DNA of 64,000 nucleotides, taken from Candidatus Multivoradales bacterium (GTDB lineage: Bacteria; Acidobacteriota; Thermoanaerobaculia; Multivoradales; JAHEKO01). The position numbers and the translations under genes were made by a program. The notes under the pieces were generated by a model, which saw only the letters and a program-made list of their open reading frames with translations, made no database searches and was not told where the DNA came from. Each line of letters starts with the position of its first letter. Within the stretch, counting starts at the first letter, position 1. Shown piece by piece: positions 38,291 through 47,113 of the stretch. Location of the stretch: the NCBI GenBank assembly GCA_965223855.1, contig CBDCXM010000009.1, positions 160,001-224,000 on the forward strand, read 5' to 3'.

Positions 38291-39477
38291 GAGCAGCTTG
38301 CGGCCACCGCCGCAATGCCGTCGAGCGCCCGGTCTAGGGTGTCCTCCGGCGGGAGAAAGACCACCCTGAAATGGCCGTCTCCCGCCAGCGCCCCGAAGCC
38401 GCTTCCGGGCACGATCACGACCCCGGTCTCGAGCACGACACGGCGGCAGAACTCGCTGTCCGGCAGTTCGAAGTCGATCTTCGGGAAGGCGTAGAACGCC
38501 CCTTTCGGCTCGACGCACGAGATGCCGTCGATCGCATTCAGGCGTTCGACCACCAGATCCCGCCGGGAGCGCAGCTTCGCCATCACGCCGTCGAGGTAGT
38601 CCATCGGCCCGTCGAGCGCCGGGGCGACGGCGTACTGCTCGGGGTGATTGGCCGACAGCCGCGCCCCTTCGAGTTTGCGGATCGCAGCGCAGTAGTCCGC
38701 CAGCTCGGCGGCGGGACCCGAGATCGACGCCCAACCGAGCCGGAACCCCGGGGCGACGAACACCTTCGAAAGGCCGTGGAGGGTGATGATCTTCGCTTCG
38801 CTCGAGAGCGAGGCGGTCGCGGTGAAACTGCCCGGCTCGAACGCCAGTCGGTCGTAGATCTCGTCGCTGAAGAGCACCAGGTCGTGCTCGACCGCGATCT
38901 CGACGAGCTCCTTCAGGACCTCCCGGCCGGTCACCGACCCGGTCGGGTTGTTGGGGTTGATCACCACCAGCGCCTTGGTGCGCTCGTCGATCCTTTCGCG
39001 GATCGCGTCGGGGTCCGGCTGCCAGCCATTGCCCTCGTCGAGCGGATAGAGCCGCTCCTCCGCGCCGAAGCGCGCCAGCACGGCCGGATAGAGCGGATAG
39101 CCGGGAGACGGGGTCAGCACGTTGTCGCCGGGGTTGACGAGCGCCGCCATCGCCAGGTCGATCGCCTCGCTCGAGCCCGAGGTCACGAACGTGTGGACGA
39201 TGTCGGAGATCCCCTTGCGAGCGTTGTCGCGCTCGACCGCCTCGCGGGCCTGGGCGATCCCCGACGACGGCGCGTAGCCGTTGCGATTCGCCCGCAACGC
39301 CTCGACCGTCGCCTCGACGATATGGGGAGGTGTCTCGAAGTCGTACAGATTGGGATCGCCGATGTTGAGATAGAGAATCTCGCGACCGGCGGCTCGGGCT
39401 TCGTCGGCCCACGCGATCACGTCGCGGACGGCATAGGTGATGCGGCGGGTGCGGTCGGCGGGCTGCACGATTCTCAT
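38287..39477 (-). CDS. Class I/II PLP aminotransferase (AlaA/AspC-like)
   Basis: LNIGDP, INPNNPTG, FSDEIYD, GLSKVFVAPGFRLGW, PKGAFY, VPGSGFG. Confidence 0.9.
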   Translation of the reverse strand: MRIVQPADRTRRITYAVRDVIAWADEARAAGREILYLNIGDPNLYDFETPPHIVEATVEALRANRNGYAPSSGIAQAREAVERDNARKGISDIVHTFVTSGSSEAIDLAMAALVNPGDNVLTPSPGYPLYPAVLARFGAEERLYPLDEGNGWQPDPDAIRERIDERTKALVVINPNNPTGSVTGREVLKELVEIAVEHDLVLFSDEIYDRLAFEPGSFTATASLSSEAKIITLHGLSKVFVAPGFRLGWASISGPAAELADYCAAIRKLEGARLSANHPEQYAVAPALDGPMDYLDGVMAKLRSRRDLVVERLNAIDGISCVEPKGAFYAFPKIDFELPDSEFCRRVVLETGVVIVPGSGFGALAGDGHFRVVFLPPEDTLDRALDGIAAVAASCS

Positions 39478-39574
39478 GAGCGCATCCTAACCGGCCGACC
39501 CTCGCCGGCTGGAGGCACAGATCGGCTCTCCGGCTTTGGGCTAAGCTACCCGCCCCCCTGCCAAGGTCCCGGCG

Positions 39575-41713
39575 ATGACGAAGACTCGCGCTCTCACAGC
39601 TCTCGCCGCCGCGGCTCTGGCCCTGACAGCCGGTATGTCCTGCTCGCCACCGGCCCGGCTCAACGTGGTGCTCGTCACCTTCGACACCACCCGCGCCGAC
39701 CGCATCGGCGACTACGGCGCGGGAAACCACACTCCGCACCTCGATGCCCTGGCGAAGGAGGGCGTTCGATTCGCCCACGCCTACGCGCCGGTGCCACTCA
39801 CCGCCCCCTCGCACTCGACCATCCTCACCGGCCTCTACCCGATCGCCCATGGTGTGAGGGACAACGGCCTCTTCGTGCTCGGCGACGAGCAGGAGACCCT
39901 CGCCGAGACGCTCCGGGACCGCGGCTACGCGACCGCCGCCGCGATCGGCTCCTTCCCGCTCATCAGCCGCTTCGGGTTCGCCCAGGGTTTCGACCTCTTC
40001 GACGAGGACATCACGGCGCCGCTCGAGAACTTCCTCGGACACGAGGTCGGTCGCAAAGAGGGGCTGTTTTTCGACGATCGGCCGGCAGGGCAGGTCAACG
40101 CGGCGCTCCTGCCCTGGCTGCGCGAGCACGCGGACGAGCCCTTCTTTCTCTGGGCACACTACTTCGACCCCCATCATCCGCACCGCCCGCGGGCACCCTA
40201 CGACGAGCAGTTCGTCGATGACAGCTACCGCGCGGAGATCGCCTACGCCGACGAATCACTCGGGCGCCTGATCGCCGAACTGCGGGCTCTGGGGGTGTGG
40301 GACGAAACGATCTTCGTCTTCACCTCCGACCACGGCGAAGGGCTCGGGGAGCATCGCGAGATCACCCACGCCATGCTGCTTTACGACAGCACACTGCACG
40401 TACCGCTGATCTTGCGGGTCCCGGGCGTGGCGGGCGGGCGGGTGATCGAGAGCCGAGTCGGCACCGTAGATCTCGTGCCGACGCTGCTCGAGCTGCTCGG
40501 TATCGAGAGCGATCGGGAGTTCCACGGACGCTCGCTGGCGCCGACCCTGTCGACGGGCGACGAGCCGGAGCCGCGGCCGCTCTATGCGGAGACCCTCTCG
40601 CCGCGGCTCTCCCACGACTGGGGCGAGCTCCGGGCGCTCGTTGCGGACGACCACAAGTACGTCTTCGGGCCTCGGCCCGAGCTGTTCGATCTCGGGGAGG
40701 ACCCGGACGAGCTCGTTGATCTTGTCGCCGAGCGCCCGGAGCGCGCGGAGCGGATGCAGCGTCAGCTCGCCGCGTTCCTGCGCGAGAACGCCGTCGCCGG
40801 CCTCGCCGGACCGAGCGAGATGGACGACGACACGCGCGAGCGGCTGCTCGCGCTCGGCTATCTCAGCGGCTCGTCGGCCGAGGAGCGCAGGATCGAGGAT
40901 CGACTCGATCCGAGCGGGCCGGCGCCCCAGGATCGCGTCGTCGACGTCAACCGGATGAGTGAGGCGAAGGACCTCCTCTACCGGGGACGACCGCTCGAAG
41001 CGAAACCGTTGATCGAGAAGCTGCTCGCCGACTCCCCCGGCAGCCCCTACTACCAGGAACTCCTCGCGACCGCGGAGCTGGCCCTGGGCAACCTCGACGA
41101 AGGTCTTCGCCTGATCCGCGAACTCAGAGAGAAGACGACCAACAACCGGGCGCTCTCCCGGCAGGCGCTCAACGCCGCGCGCACGATCCTCGCCGGCGGA
41201 AGCGATGCCGACATCGTGCGCCAGTTCGCCGCCGAGAGCCTCGCCCTCTTTCCATCCGCCGAGGCTCAGCACGTGCACGCGCGGGCTCTTCACCGTCTGG
41301 GCCTGCGCGACGAGTACCTCGACGAGCTCAGAGCGACGCTCGAACTCGACCCCGAATGGGTTGCCGCCCGGGTCGATCTCGGGGTCGAGCTGAGACTGCG
41401 AGGGCAGCTCGTCGCAGCCGAAGAAGAGCTGCGCAGAGCGATCGAAGATCATCCGTTCTACGCCCACGGTTTTCTCCACTACGGCCACCTCACCTTCGAG
41501 AGCGGACGCTCGTGGGAAGCGATCAACAACTACCGCCGGGCGGTCGCCCTCGAGCCCTACCTTCTGGCGGCACGTCAGGCGCTGATCTCGGCTCTCGCGA
41601 GGACCGGCCGCTTTGACGAAGCTCGCGAGTCTCTGGGGGAATTGAGGCGCATCGCCCCGGAAGCTGTCGAAACGCGCCGCGCTGTCGCCATCGTGGAGGG
41701 GTTGCCCACATGA
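39575..41713 (+). CDS. Sulfatase-like (alkaline phosphatase superfamily) hydrolase/transferase fused to TPR repeats; predicted lipoprotein
   Basis: NVVLVTFDTTRAD, PLTAPSHSTILTG, HYFDPH, TSDHGEGLGEH, LLALGYL, then TPR helices. Confidence 0.85.
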   Translation: MTKTRALTALAAAALALTAGMSCSPPARLNVVLVTFDTTRADRIGDYGAGNHTPHLDALAKEGVRFAHAYAPVPLTAPSHSTILTGLYPIAHGVRDNGLFVLGDEQETLAETLRDRGYATAAAIGSFPLISRFGFAQGFDLFDEDITAPLENFLGHEVGRKEGLFFDDRPAGQVNAALLPWLREHADEPFFLWAHYFDPHHPHRPRAPYDEQFVDDSYRAEIAYADESLGRLIAELRALGVWDETIFVFTSDHGEGLGEHREITHAMLLYDSTLHVPLILRVPGVAGGRVIESRVGTVDLVPTLLELLGIESDREFHGRSLAPTLSTGDEPEPRPLYAETLSPRLSHDWGELRALVADDHKYVFGPRPELFDLGEDPDELVDLVAERPERAERMQRQLAAFLRENAVAGLAGPSEMDDDTRERLLALGYLSGSSAEERRIEDRLDPSGPAPQDRVVDVNRMSEAKDLLYRGRPLEAKPLIEKLLADSPGSPYYQELLATAELALGNLDEGLRLIRELREKTTNNRALSRQALNAARTILAGGSDADIVRQFAAESLALFPSAEAQHVHARALHRLGLRDEYLDELRATLELDPEWVAARVDLGVELRLRGQLVAAEEELRRAIEDHPFYAHGFLHYGHLTFESGRSWEAINNYRRAVALEPYLLAARQALISALARTGRFDEARESLGELRRIAPEAVETRRAVAIVEGLPT

Positions 41714-43386
41714 GTCCTTTTCGGTCGCTCGTCGCCCTGCTCGCCGTGTCGATCACCGCCTGTTCGCCCGGGCAGAAGGACCCGGCCGTCGCCACCGACG
41801 ACGCCGAGCTCGTCGCGAGCTATGACGGCGGAGTCTTGACGAAGGCGGATCTCGAAGCGGCGATCCTCGACGTGCCGCCCGAGCTGCGCCCCGCGGATGG
41901 CAGCGCGCGCGCGGCCTGGCTCGAGGAGTTCATCGCCGAACTCGTCGTCGATCGCCTCCTGGGGGTATCCGCTGCCGCCGACACTCCGGCCAACGACCCG
42001 GAGATCGCCGCGACCTGTGCCGAACTGGAGCGCAATCTCGCCTGGGAGGAGCTGCTGCGAAGCCGGCTCGACGCGGTCGAGCCGCCGACCGAGGAGGAGG
42101 TCGCTGCCGCCGCCCGCCTCGAGGTCGAGAGCCGCCCGCCGGAGATGCGTCTGGTGCGAAACATCTTCCTGCGACCGGAGGAGGGCGAATCGAGCGGCGA
42201 TCTGGAGAGCAGGGCAAGGGAGCTGGCCGCTCGCGTGGCGGGAGGCGCCAGCTTCGTCGAGCTCGCCGCGGGCCACTCGGACTCCGAGACCCGCCACCGC
42301 GGCGGCCTGATCGGCTGGGTGACGGCCGAGCGACTCCCGACCCCGGTCCGGGACGTGGTCTTTTCGTTGCAGGAGCGCGAGGCGAGTACGCCGCTCGTCA
42401 ATCGCGACGGCGCTCACCTCTTCTACGTCGATGCGATCCGTTTCCAGGCGGCGCAGAACGCCGACGAGATCGCCTCGGCGGTCCGGGAGAAGCTCGAAGC
42501 GCAGGAGCGCGAGCGGGCGATCACCGCCCTGGTCGACCGGCTCCCCGAACCGGAGGGGCTCTTCGTTCTCGGCCGAGCTGAGCTCGAAGCGGCGATCGCA
42601 GGCGAAAACGAGTCCACCGTCGTTCTGAGCAGGAACGACTACGAGTTGACCCTGGCTGAGCTCGCGAGCGACTCCGAGGCGCTGGAGGCCACGCTCCAGA
42701 GCCGCCTCGAGCAACTGGCCTGGCGGGAGCGTGCCCAATCCCTGGCCGAGAGTGAAGGGTGGTTCGAGGTCCCACATCTCGAGAGGCAGTTGGCGATCGC
42801 CACCCGGGCGAGAGTCGGCGAGCTCCTGAGGCGGCGCCACCTTCGCGAGTACCTCCTGGACGACGAGGAGCGGCTCGAGACCTTCTACGAGGCGGAGCGG
42901 GCGAGATTTTCCACGAAACTCGAACTCAAGCTGCGTCGCTGGAGCCTCGCCGCCTCTCCCAGCGAGCGCAAGCGAATCGTCCTCGCGCTCGAGGACCTTC
43001 ATCGCGACGTCGGAGCCGCAGCCCTCGACCTGAAGGCGATCCAGATCCGCCATGGAGGAACGATCGAGGACCTCGGCTGGCGCAAGCTGAGCGAACTGCC
43101 GGATCGCGGCATCGCCGCCATGCTGGCTCCGATCGCCGCCGGCGAGACTTCGCCTCCGATCGTGCGCGGATCCGAGGTCGTGGCGCTGAGGCTCGTCGAG
43201 AGGCGCGACCCGCAGCCGCAGACCTTCGCCCAGGCGAGGCAGGCGGTCGTCGATCTCCTCCTGACCGATCGCGGTCAGAGCATCTATCGGGAGTGGCGCT
43301 CGCATCTCCTGGCGGCGAACGGTGCGAAGCTGATCCCGGACTCCAGGACGATGTCGGGCGACGGCGATCTGCACGCTACCGATTGA
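41710..43386 (+). CDS. Parvulin-type PPIase/chaperone lipoprotein
   Basis: ITAC lipobox; VRNIFL...SFVELAAGHSDSETRHRGGLIGW; ATGA overlap with the upstream gene. Confidence 0.75.
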   Translation: MSPFRSLVALLAVSITACSPGQKDPAVATDDAELVASYDGGVLTKADLEAAILDVPPELRPADGSARAAWLEEFIAELVVDRLLGVSAAADTPANDPEIAATCAELERNLAWEELLRSRLDAVEPPTEEEVAAAARLEVESRPPEMRLVRNIFLRPEEGESSGDLESRARELAARVAGGASFVELAAGHSDSETRHRGGLIGWVTAERLPTPVRDVVFSLQEREASTPLVNRDGAHLFYVDAIRFQAAQNADEIASAVREKLEAQERERAITALVDRLPEPEGLFVLGRAELEAAIAGENESTVVLSRNDYELTLAELASDSEALEATLQSRLEQLAWRERAQSLAESEGWFEVPHLERQLAIATRARVGELLRRRHLREYLLDDEERLETFYEAERARFSTKLELKLRRWSLAASPSERKRIVLALEDLHRDVGAAALDLKAIQIRHGGTIEDLGWRKLSELPDRGIAAMLAPIAAGETSPPIVRGSEVVALRLVERRDPQPQTFAQARQAVVDLLLTDRGQSIYREWRSHLLAANGAKLIPDSRTMSGDGDLHATD

Positions 43387-43411
43387 CAGCGATGGGCTTC
43401 GTCGCTATCCT
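43383..43411 (+). promoter_or_regulatory. Sigma70-type promoter for the small secreted protein
   Basis: TTGACA (43383-88), 17 bp, TATCCT (43406-11); RBS AAAGGAG downstream. Confidence 0.7.
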
Positions 43412-43454
43412 TCGCGACGTCTAGCCTGAGACTTTTTCCACAAAGGAGAGAACC

Positions 43455-44048
43455 ATGCGTCGAATCGTAACCGTGGCGGCCTGTGCCGCCGTGCTGTCGC
43501 TGGCGGCTGTCGGCGGCTTCGCACAACAGGATCCGGGCAAGCTGCAGGCCTGGGAGGATGCCGGTCGGCCCGCGAATCCCGGTCACGGCTTCGACCACGG
43601 CCCCGGACTCACCGGACCGCCGTGCTACAGCGAGGACATCACCGGAGCGATCTCGTGGGACTTCCTCGGCGACCCGGACAACGAAGTCCGTACTCCGACC
43701 CTCACCTGCGTCTCCGCCGATGACATCGGCTGGACCGGCGTCACCCTGACCACGGCCGGCATTTCCTGGGGCCAGGAGTCCAACCTCCAGGTCGCGGCGA
43801 GCGACGGCAGCGACGCCTCGACGATCCAGTTCTTCCCGGGCGCCGCCTCGTCCGGCACCTTCGGGCCGACGACCGGCAACCTCGGCTCGAGCGTCGCCGT
43901 CCTTCCCGACATGGTGCTGCGGATGGAGTTCCACGAGACGAGCTTCGACGACAACTCGAACGCTCCGGACGCGACCTACACCGCCGGCTCGATCGACGTC
44001 GATGGCGTGTTCATCCCGGTGGAGCTGACCGACTTCAGCGTCGACTGA
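43455..44048 (+). CDS. Small secreted acidic beta-rich protein ending in IPVELTDFSVD
   Basis: Signal peptide MRRIVTVAACAAVLSLAAVGGFA; strong RBS; GC3-biased codons. Confidence 0.8.
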   Translation: MRRIVTVAACAAVLSLAAVGGFAQQDPGKLQAWEDAGRPANPGHGFDHGPGLTGPPCYSEDITGAISWDFLGDPDNEVRTPTLTCVSADDIGWTGVTLTTAGISWGQESNLQVAASDGSDASTIQFFPGAASSGTFGPTTGNLGSSVAVLPDMVLRMEFHETSFDDNSNAPDATYTAGSIDVDGVFIPVELTDFSVD

Positions 44049-45716
44049 TCACTGCACCTCACGGACCGTGACGACCGCGAGGTCGCCGGTCCGAGCCGTG
44101 GTCTCGCTTCCCCCCGGCCAGTAGATCCGCACCGATGCGGGTCGACTGCCGGGGGGAAATGCGTAATGGGTCGCAGGATCGCTTGCCGAAAGGTAGCCGA
44201 AGCTGGAGCGGACCTCTCTCGTGACGACCGACCCGCCGATGACCGCCTCCACGCGAGCGCCGAGGGCCGGACTGCCGAAACGGTTGAGCACCTTCACGAA
44301 CAAGGTAGCGCCCTCGCTCAACCGTCGATTCATGAGCAATTCCGCTGGGGCATCGCGATTGACCACGACCGCGTCGATCCGGCCGTCTCTGTCCAGATCA
44401 CCAAACGCGGCGCCGCGACTGGTTCGTGGCTCGACGGCTCCATGGATCCCGTCGGTGATTCTCTCGAACACCGATCGTGAAGTCTGCTGGAAGAGGAAGT
44501 TTTCCTCCGCATAGCCGCCCCCCGGTTCGACGCGTGCGATAGCTCCGTTGACCTCGAGGAGATCCAGCCGGCCGTCGTTGTCGAAGTCCACCAGGCCGAG
44601 ACCGAAGCGCGTCGCCAGCCGGCTCGACGCAGAGAGACCGTAGCTCGCCGTCCCGTCGGTGAAGTACTCCTCGTTCTGGTTGAGAAACAGCGAGTCGCTC
44701 TGTCCACGCAGGTTGCCCACCAGCACGTCACGGTCGCCGTCGCCGTCGAGGTCGCGAGCGTCCACGCCCATCCCTGCCTTCAGAACGCCTGAGAGATCGA
44801 CCGAGCAACCTCGCAACGGGCATTCGTCCACGAACCGACCTTCGGCCGACCCGACCCACAGCCGGTCCGCCATGGCATCGTTGGCCACGAAAACGTCGGG
44901 CCAGCCGTCACCGGTCAGGTCGCTGACGACCAGGCCGAGACTCGTTCCTTCCGCTCCCGCCAAGCCGACCTCCTCGGTCGCGTCCTCGAAACGTCCATCG
45001 CCCAGGTTGCGATAGAGGCGGTTCTCTGCCGGTGCCTCGTATACCTGAGGACCACAGTACTCCCGCTCGCCGAGCTCGTCGAAACAGGGGCGCTCGACGT
45101 CCAGACTCCAACGAACATAGTTGGCGACGAAGAGATCCAGATCTCCGTCCAGATCGAAGTCGAGGAACGCGGCGCCCGCGCCGAACCCGTCGTCTCCCAC
45201 GCCGGCGCTCGCGGTAGCGGGCTCGAAGCGGCCTCCTCCCATGTTGCGCAGGAGCACGTTCGGCCCGACGTTGGTGACGTAGAGGTCGACGAGGCCGTCG
45301 TTGTCGTAGTCGCCGGTGGCGACTCCCATCCCGAGCCCACGATCGTCGGCGCCGCTACCCGTCGTCACATCGCGAAAGAGGCCTTCACCCGTGTTCTCGA
45401 AGAGCTGATTCCCGGGGCGCCTCTCAGGGTCGCGAACACTACCGGTCTGCACGAAGTAGAGATCGAGGTCGTCATCGCCGTCCATGTCGAAGATCGCGAG
45501 TCCGCCGCTGACCATCTCCGGCAAGGCCCAGTCGCCGTCGGCACCCGAGTCGAGAGTGAAGTCGACACCACGTTGCGCCGCCTCGTCGATCAGCCAGGCC
45601 GAAGGAGGCGGTGTCGCCGCCTGGTTCACGGTCTCCGGCGCACACCCGCTCAAGAGGACGAGGAGTCCGCCGACGACAGCGGCGCCCATGCGCGGGTATC
45701 CCGGGGTCGTCCTCAT
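44049..45716 (-). CDS. CRTAC1-family (FG-GAP + ASPIC/UnbV) lipoprotein
   Basis: LLSGC lipobox; GLAIFDMDGDDDLDLYFVQ; GDYDNDGLVDLYVTN; SRGAAFGDLDRDG; ALGARVE...GYLSASD; ATGA overlap at 45713-45716. Confidence 0.88.
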   Translation of the reverse strand: MRTTPGYPRMGAAVVGGLLVLLSGCAPETVNQAATPPPSAWLIDEAAQRGVDFTLDSGADGDWALPEMVSGGLAIFDMDGDDDLDLYFVQTGSVRDPERRPGNQLFENTGEGLFRDVTTGSGADDRGLGMGVATGDYDNDGLVDLYVTNVGPNVLLRNMGGGRFEPATASAGVGDDGFGAGAAFLDFDLDGDLDLFVANYVRWSLDVERPCFDELGEREYCGPQVYEAPAENRLYRNLGDGRFEDATEEVGLAGAEGTSLGLVVSDLTGDGWPDVFVANDAMADRLWVGSAEGRFVDECPLRGCSVDLSGVLKAGMGVDARDLDGDGDRDVLVGNLRGQSDSLFLNQNEEYFTDGTASYGLSASSRLATRFGLGLVDFDNDGRLDLLEVNGAIARVEPGGGYAEENFLFQQTSRSVFERITDGIHGAVEPRTSRGAAFGDLDRDGRIDAVVVNRDAPAELLMNRRLSEGATLFVKVLNRFGSPALGARVEAVIGGSVVTREVRSSFGYLSASDPATHYAFPPGSRPASVRIYWPGGSETTARTGDLAVVTVREVQ

Positions 45717-47014
45717 TCCGGGTTGCGGGACGCTCGAAGCAGTCCTGCCGCGGCCGGGTCCTCGGGAGTCTCGCCGAATGTCGCTACCAGTAGTTGCTCG
45801 GCCTCCCCTCGCCGACCTGATGCCAGCAGTGCGCGCGATGCCTTGATCTCGCACCGGGCCGCCGACGTCGGTGCCAGTGCGGCGCACCGGCGGTAGGCCT
45901 CGGCCGCTCCTTCGAAATCGCGGCCGCCGGCGAGAATGTCTGCGAGGACGGCATGCGCACGCCAGTCCGACGGCCATCGATCGACGAGATGCGTCGCGGC
46001 TGCGTGCGCCTCACGCAGAAGATCCGGATCGTTGGCGGCCCCGGCCGCCAGATACAGGGTCGCCGACAACTGAAGCACGTGCTCGAAGACGTCCGGCTGG
46101 CTGGCGGAAGCCTCCTCGAGGAGGGTGATGGCGGTTCGGTAGTCCCCTCGAGCTCGATGCGCCAAGGCCAGGACCTGAGTGATCCGAGGGTGCTCGGGGC
46201 GAGACTCGTGATGGAGACTGAGAGCCTCGATTGCCGCGTCGGGCTCGCCTCGCGCCAGAGCTGCCTCAGCTCGATTGAGGGCGGTCTGGGCACCGACAAT
46301 GTAGCGGGACAGCTCGCTCAACCAGGGGTCGGGCCAGAGAGGGGGTGCCACCGGTTCCAGTTCGGCCACACGTCCAGCCGAGCCCGACACCTCGCGCGCT
46401 GCACGCGCTGCGAGAAACTCGACGTACGGGCCGAGCGACACGTTCGGTGCCGGCGGTGTGAGAACCCTGACCGCCTCTTCGATTCGACCTGCCGAGAGCG
46501 CGATTCTCCCCTTGACGGCCCTGACACCAGGTGCTTCCGGATCGTGGGCAAAGGCTCGATCCGCGTGCTCTCGTGCGCGCTCGACCCGCCCGATCTGGAG
46601 GTTCCACAGGGCCGCTGTCCGCAGTGCGGGTAGATAGACGGGGCCGACAGCAATGCACCGCTCGAGCTCCTCGACCGCAGCCTCGCTCCGGCCCGCGGCC
46701 CACAGGGCATGCGCCCGCATGTACCTGAGGAACGGGTTGCCGGCGTCGAGCTCCAAGGCACGGTCGTAGGCATCCTCGCTTCGCACCTCCTCGCCGTTGG
46801 CGTGCAGCGTCAGGGCGAGGTCCATCCAGAGGATCGACTCCTGAGGGTGCGCTGCCAACTGCTCGCGAAGGCCTTCCACCTGCTTGCGCAACTCCGGACT
46901 CCGCATCGCGAGGTCTGGCGTTCCCGCGGCGCTGCGCAGGTCAGCCTCGTCGCCGCCACAGGAAGCAACCATCACGCCTGCCAACAGCACTGCAAGCCGG
47001 GCGGTCCGCATCAT
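45713..47014 (-). CDS. TPR-repeat lipoprotein
   Basis: MMRTARLAVLLAGVMVASC; TPR helices (AYDRALELDAGNP, AHAVLADILAGG). Confidence 0.78.
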   Translation of the reverse strand: MMRTARLAVLLAGVMVASCGGDEADLRSAAGTPDLAMRSPELRKQVEGLREQLAAHPQESILWMDLALTLHANGEEVRSEDAYDRALELDAGNPFLRYMRAHALWAAGRSEAAVEELERCIAVGPVYLPALRTAALWNLQIGRVERAREHADRAFAHDPEAPGVRAVKGRIALSAGRIEEAVRVLTPPAPNVSLGPYVEFLAARAAREVSGSAGRVAELEPVAPPLWPDPWLSELSRYIVGAQTALNRAEAALARGEPDAAIEALSLHHESRPEHPRITQVLALAHRARGDYRTAITLLEEASASQPDVFEHVLQLSATLYLAAGAANDPDLLREAHAAATHLVDRWPSDWRAHAVLADILAGGRDFEGAAEAYRRCAALAPTSAARCEIKASRALLASGRRGEAEQLLVATFGETPEDPAAAGLLRASRNPE

Positions 47015-47113
47015 GGGAGATGTTTCGGTCAAACGTCTCGGTCCCTCGCGGATCCCATCGTCGCCGGCAAGACGGCTGCGATAATACGCCACGGGGCTGC
47101 GATCTTGAGCGCG

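Noticed and set aside
37178-40183. 1001-aa ORF suggesting a large fusion to the phytase-like domain
   Set aside because: The upstream part overlaps the aminotransferase and sulfatase-like genes in other frames; the real start is GTG 38290, which is followed by a signal peptide.
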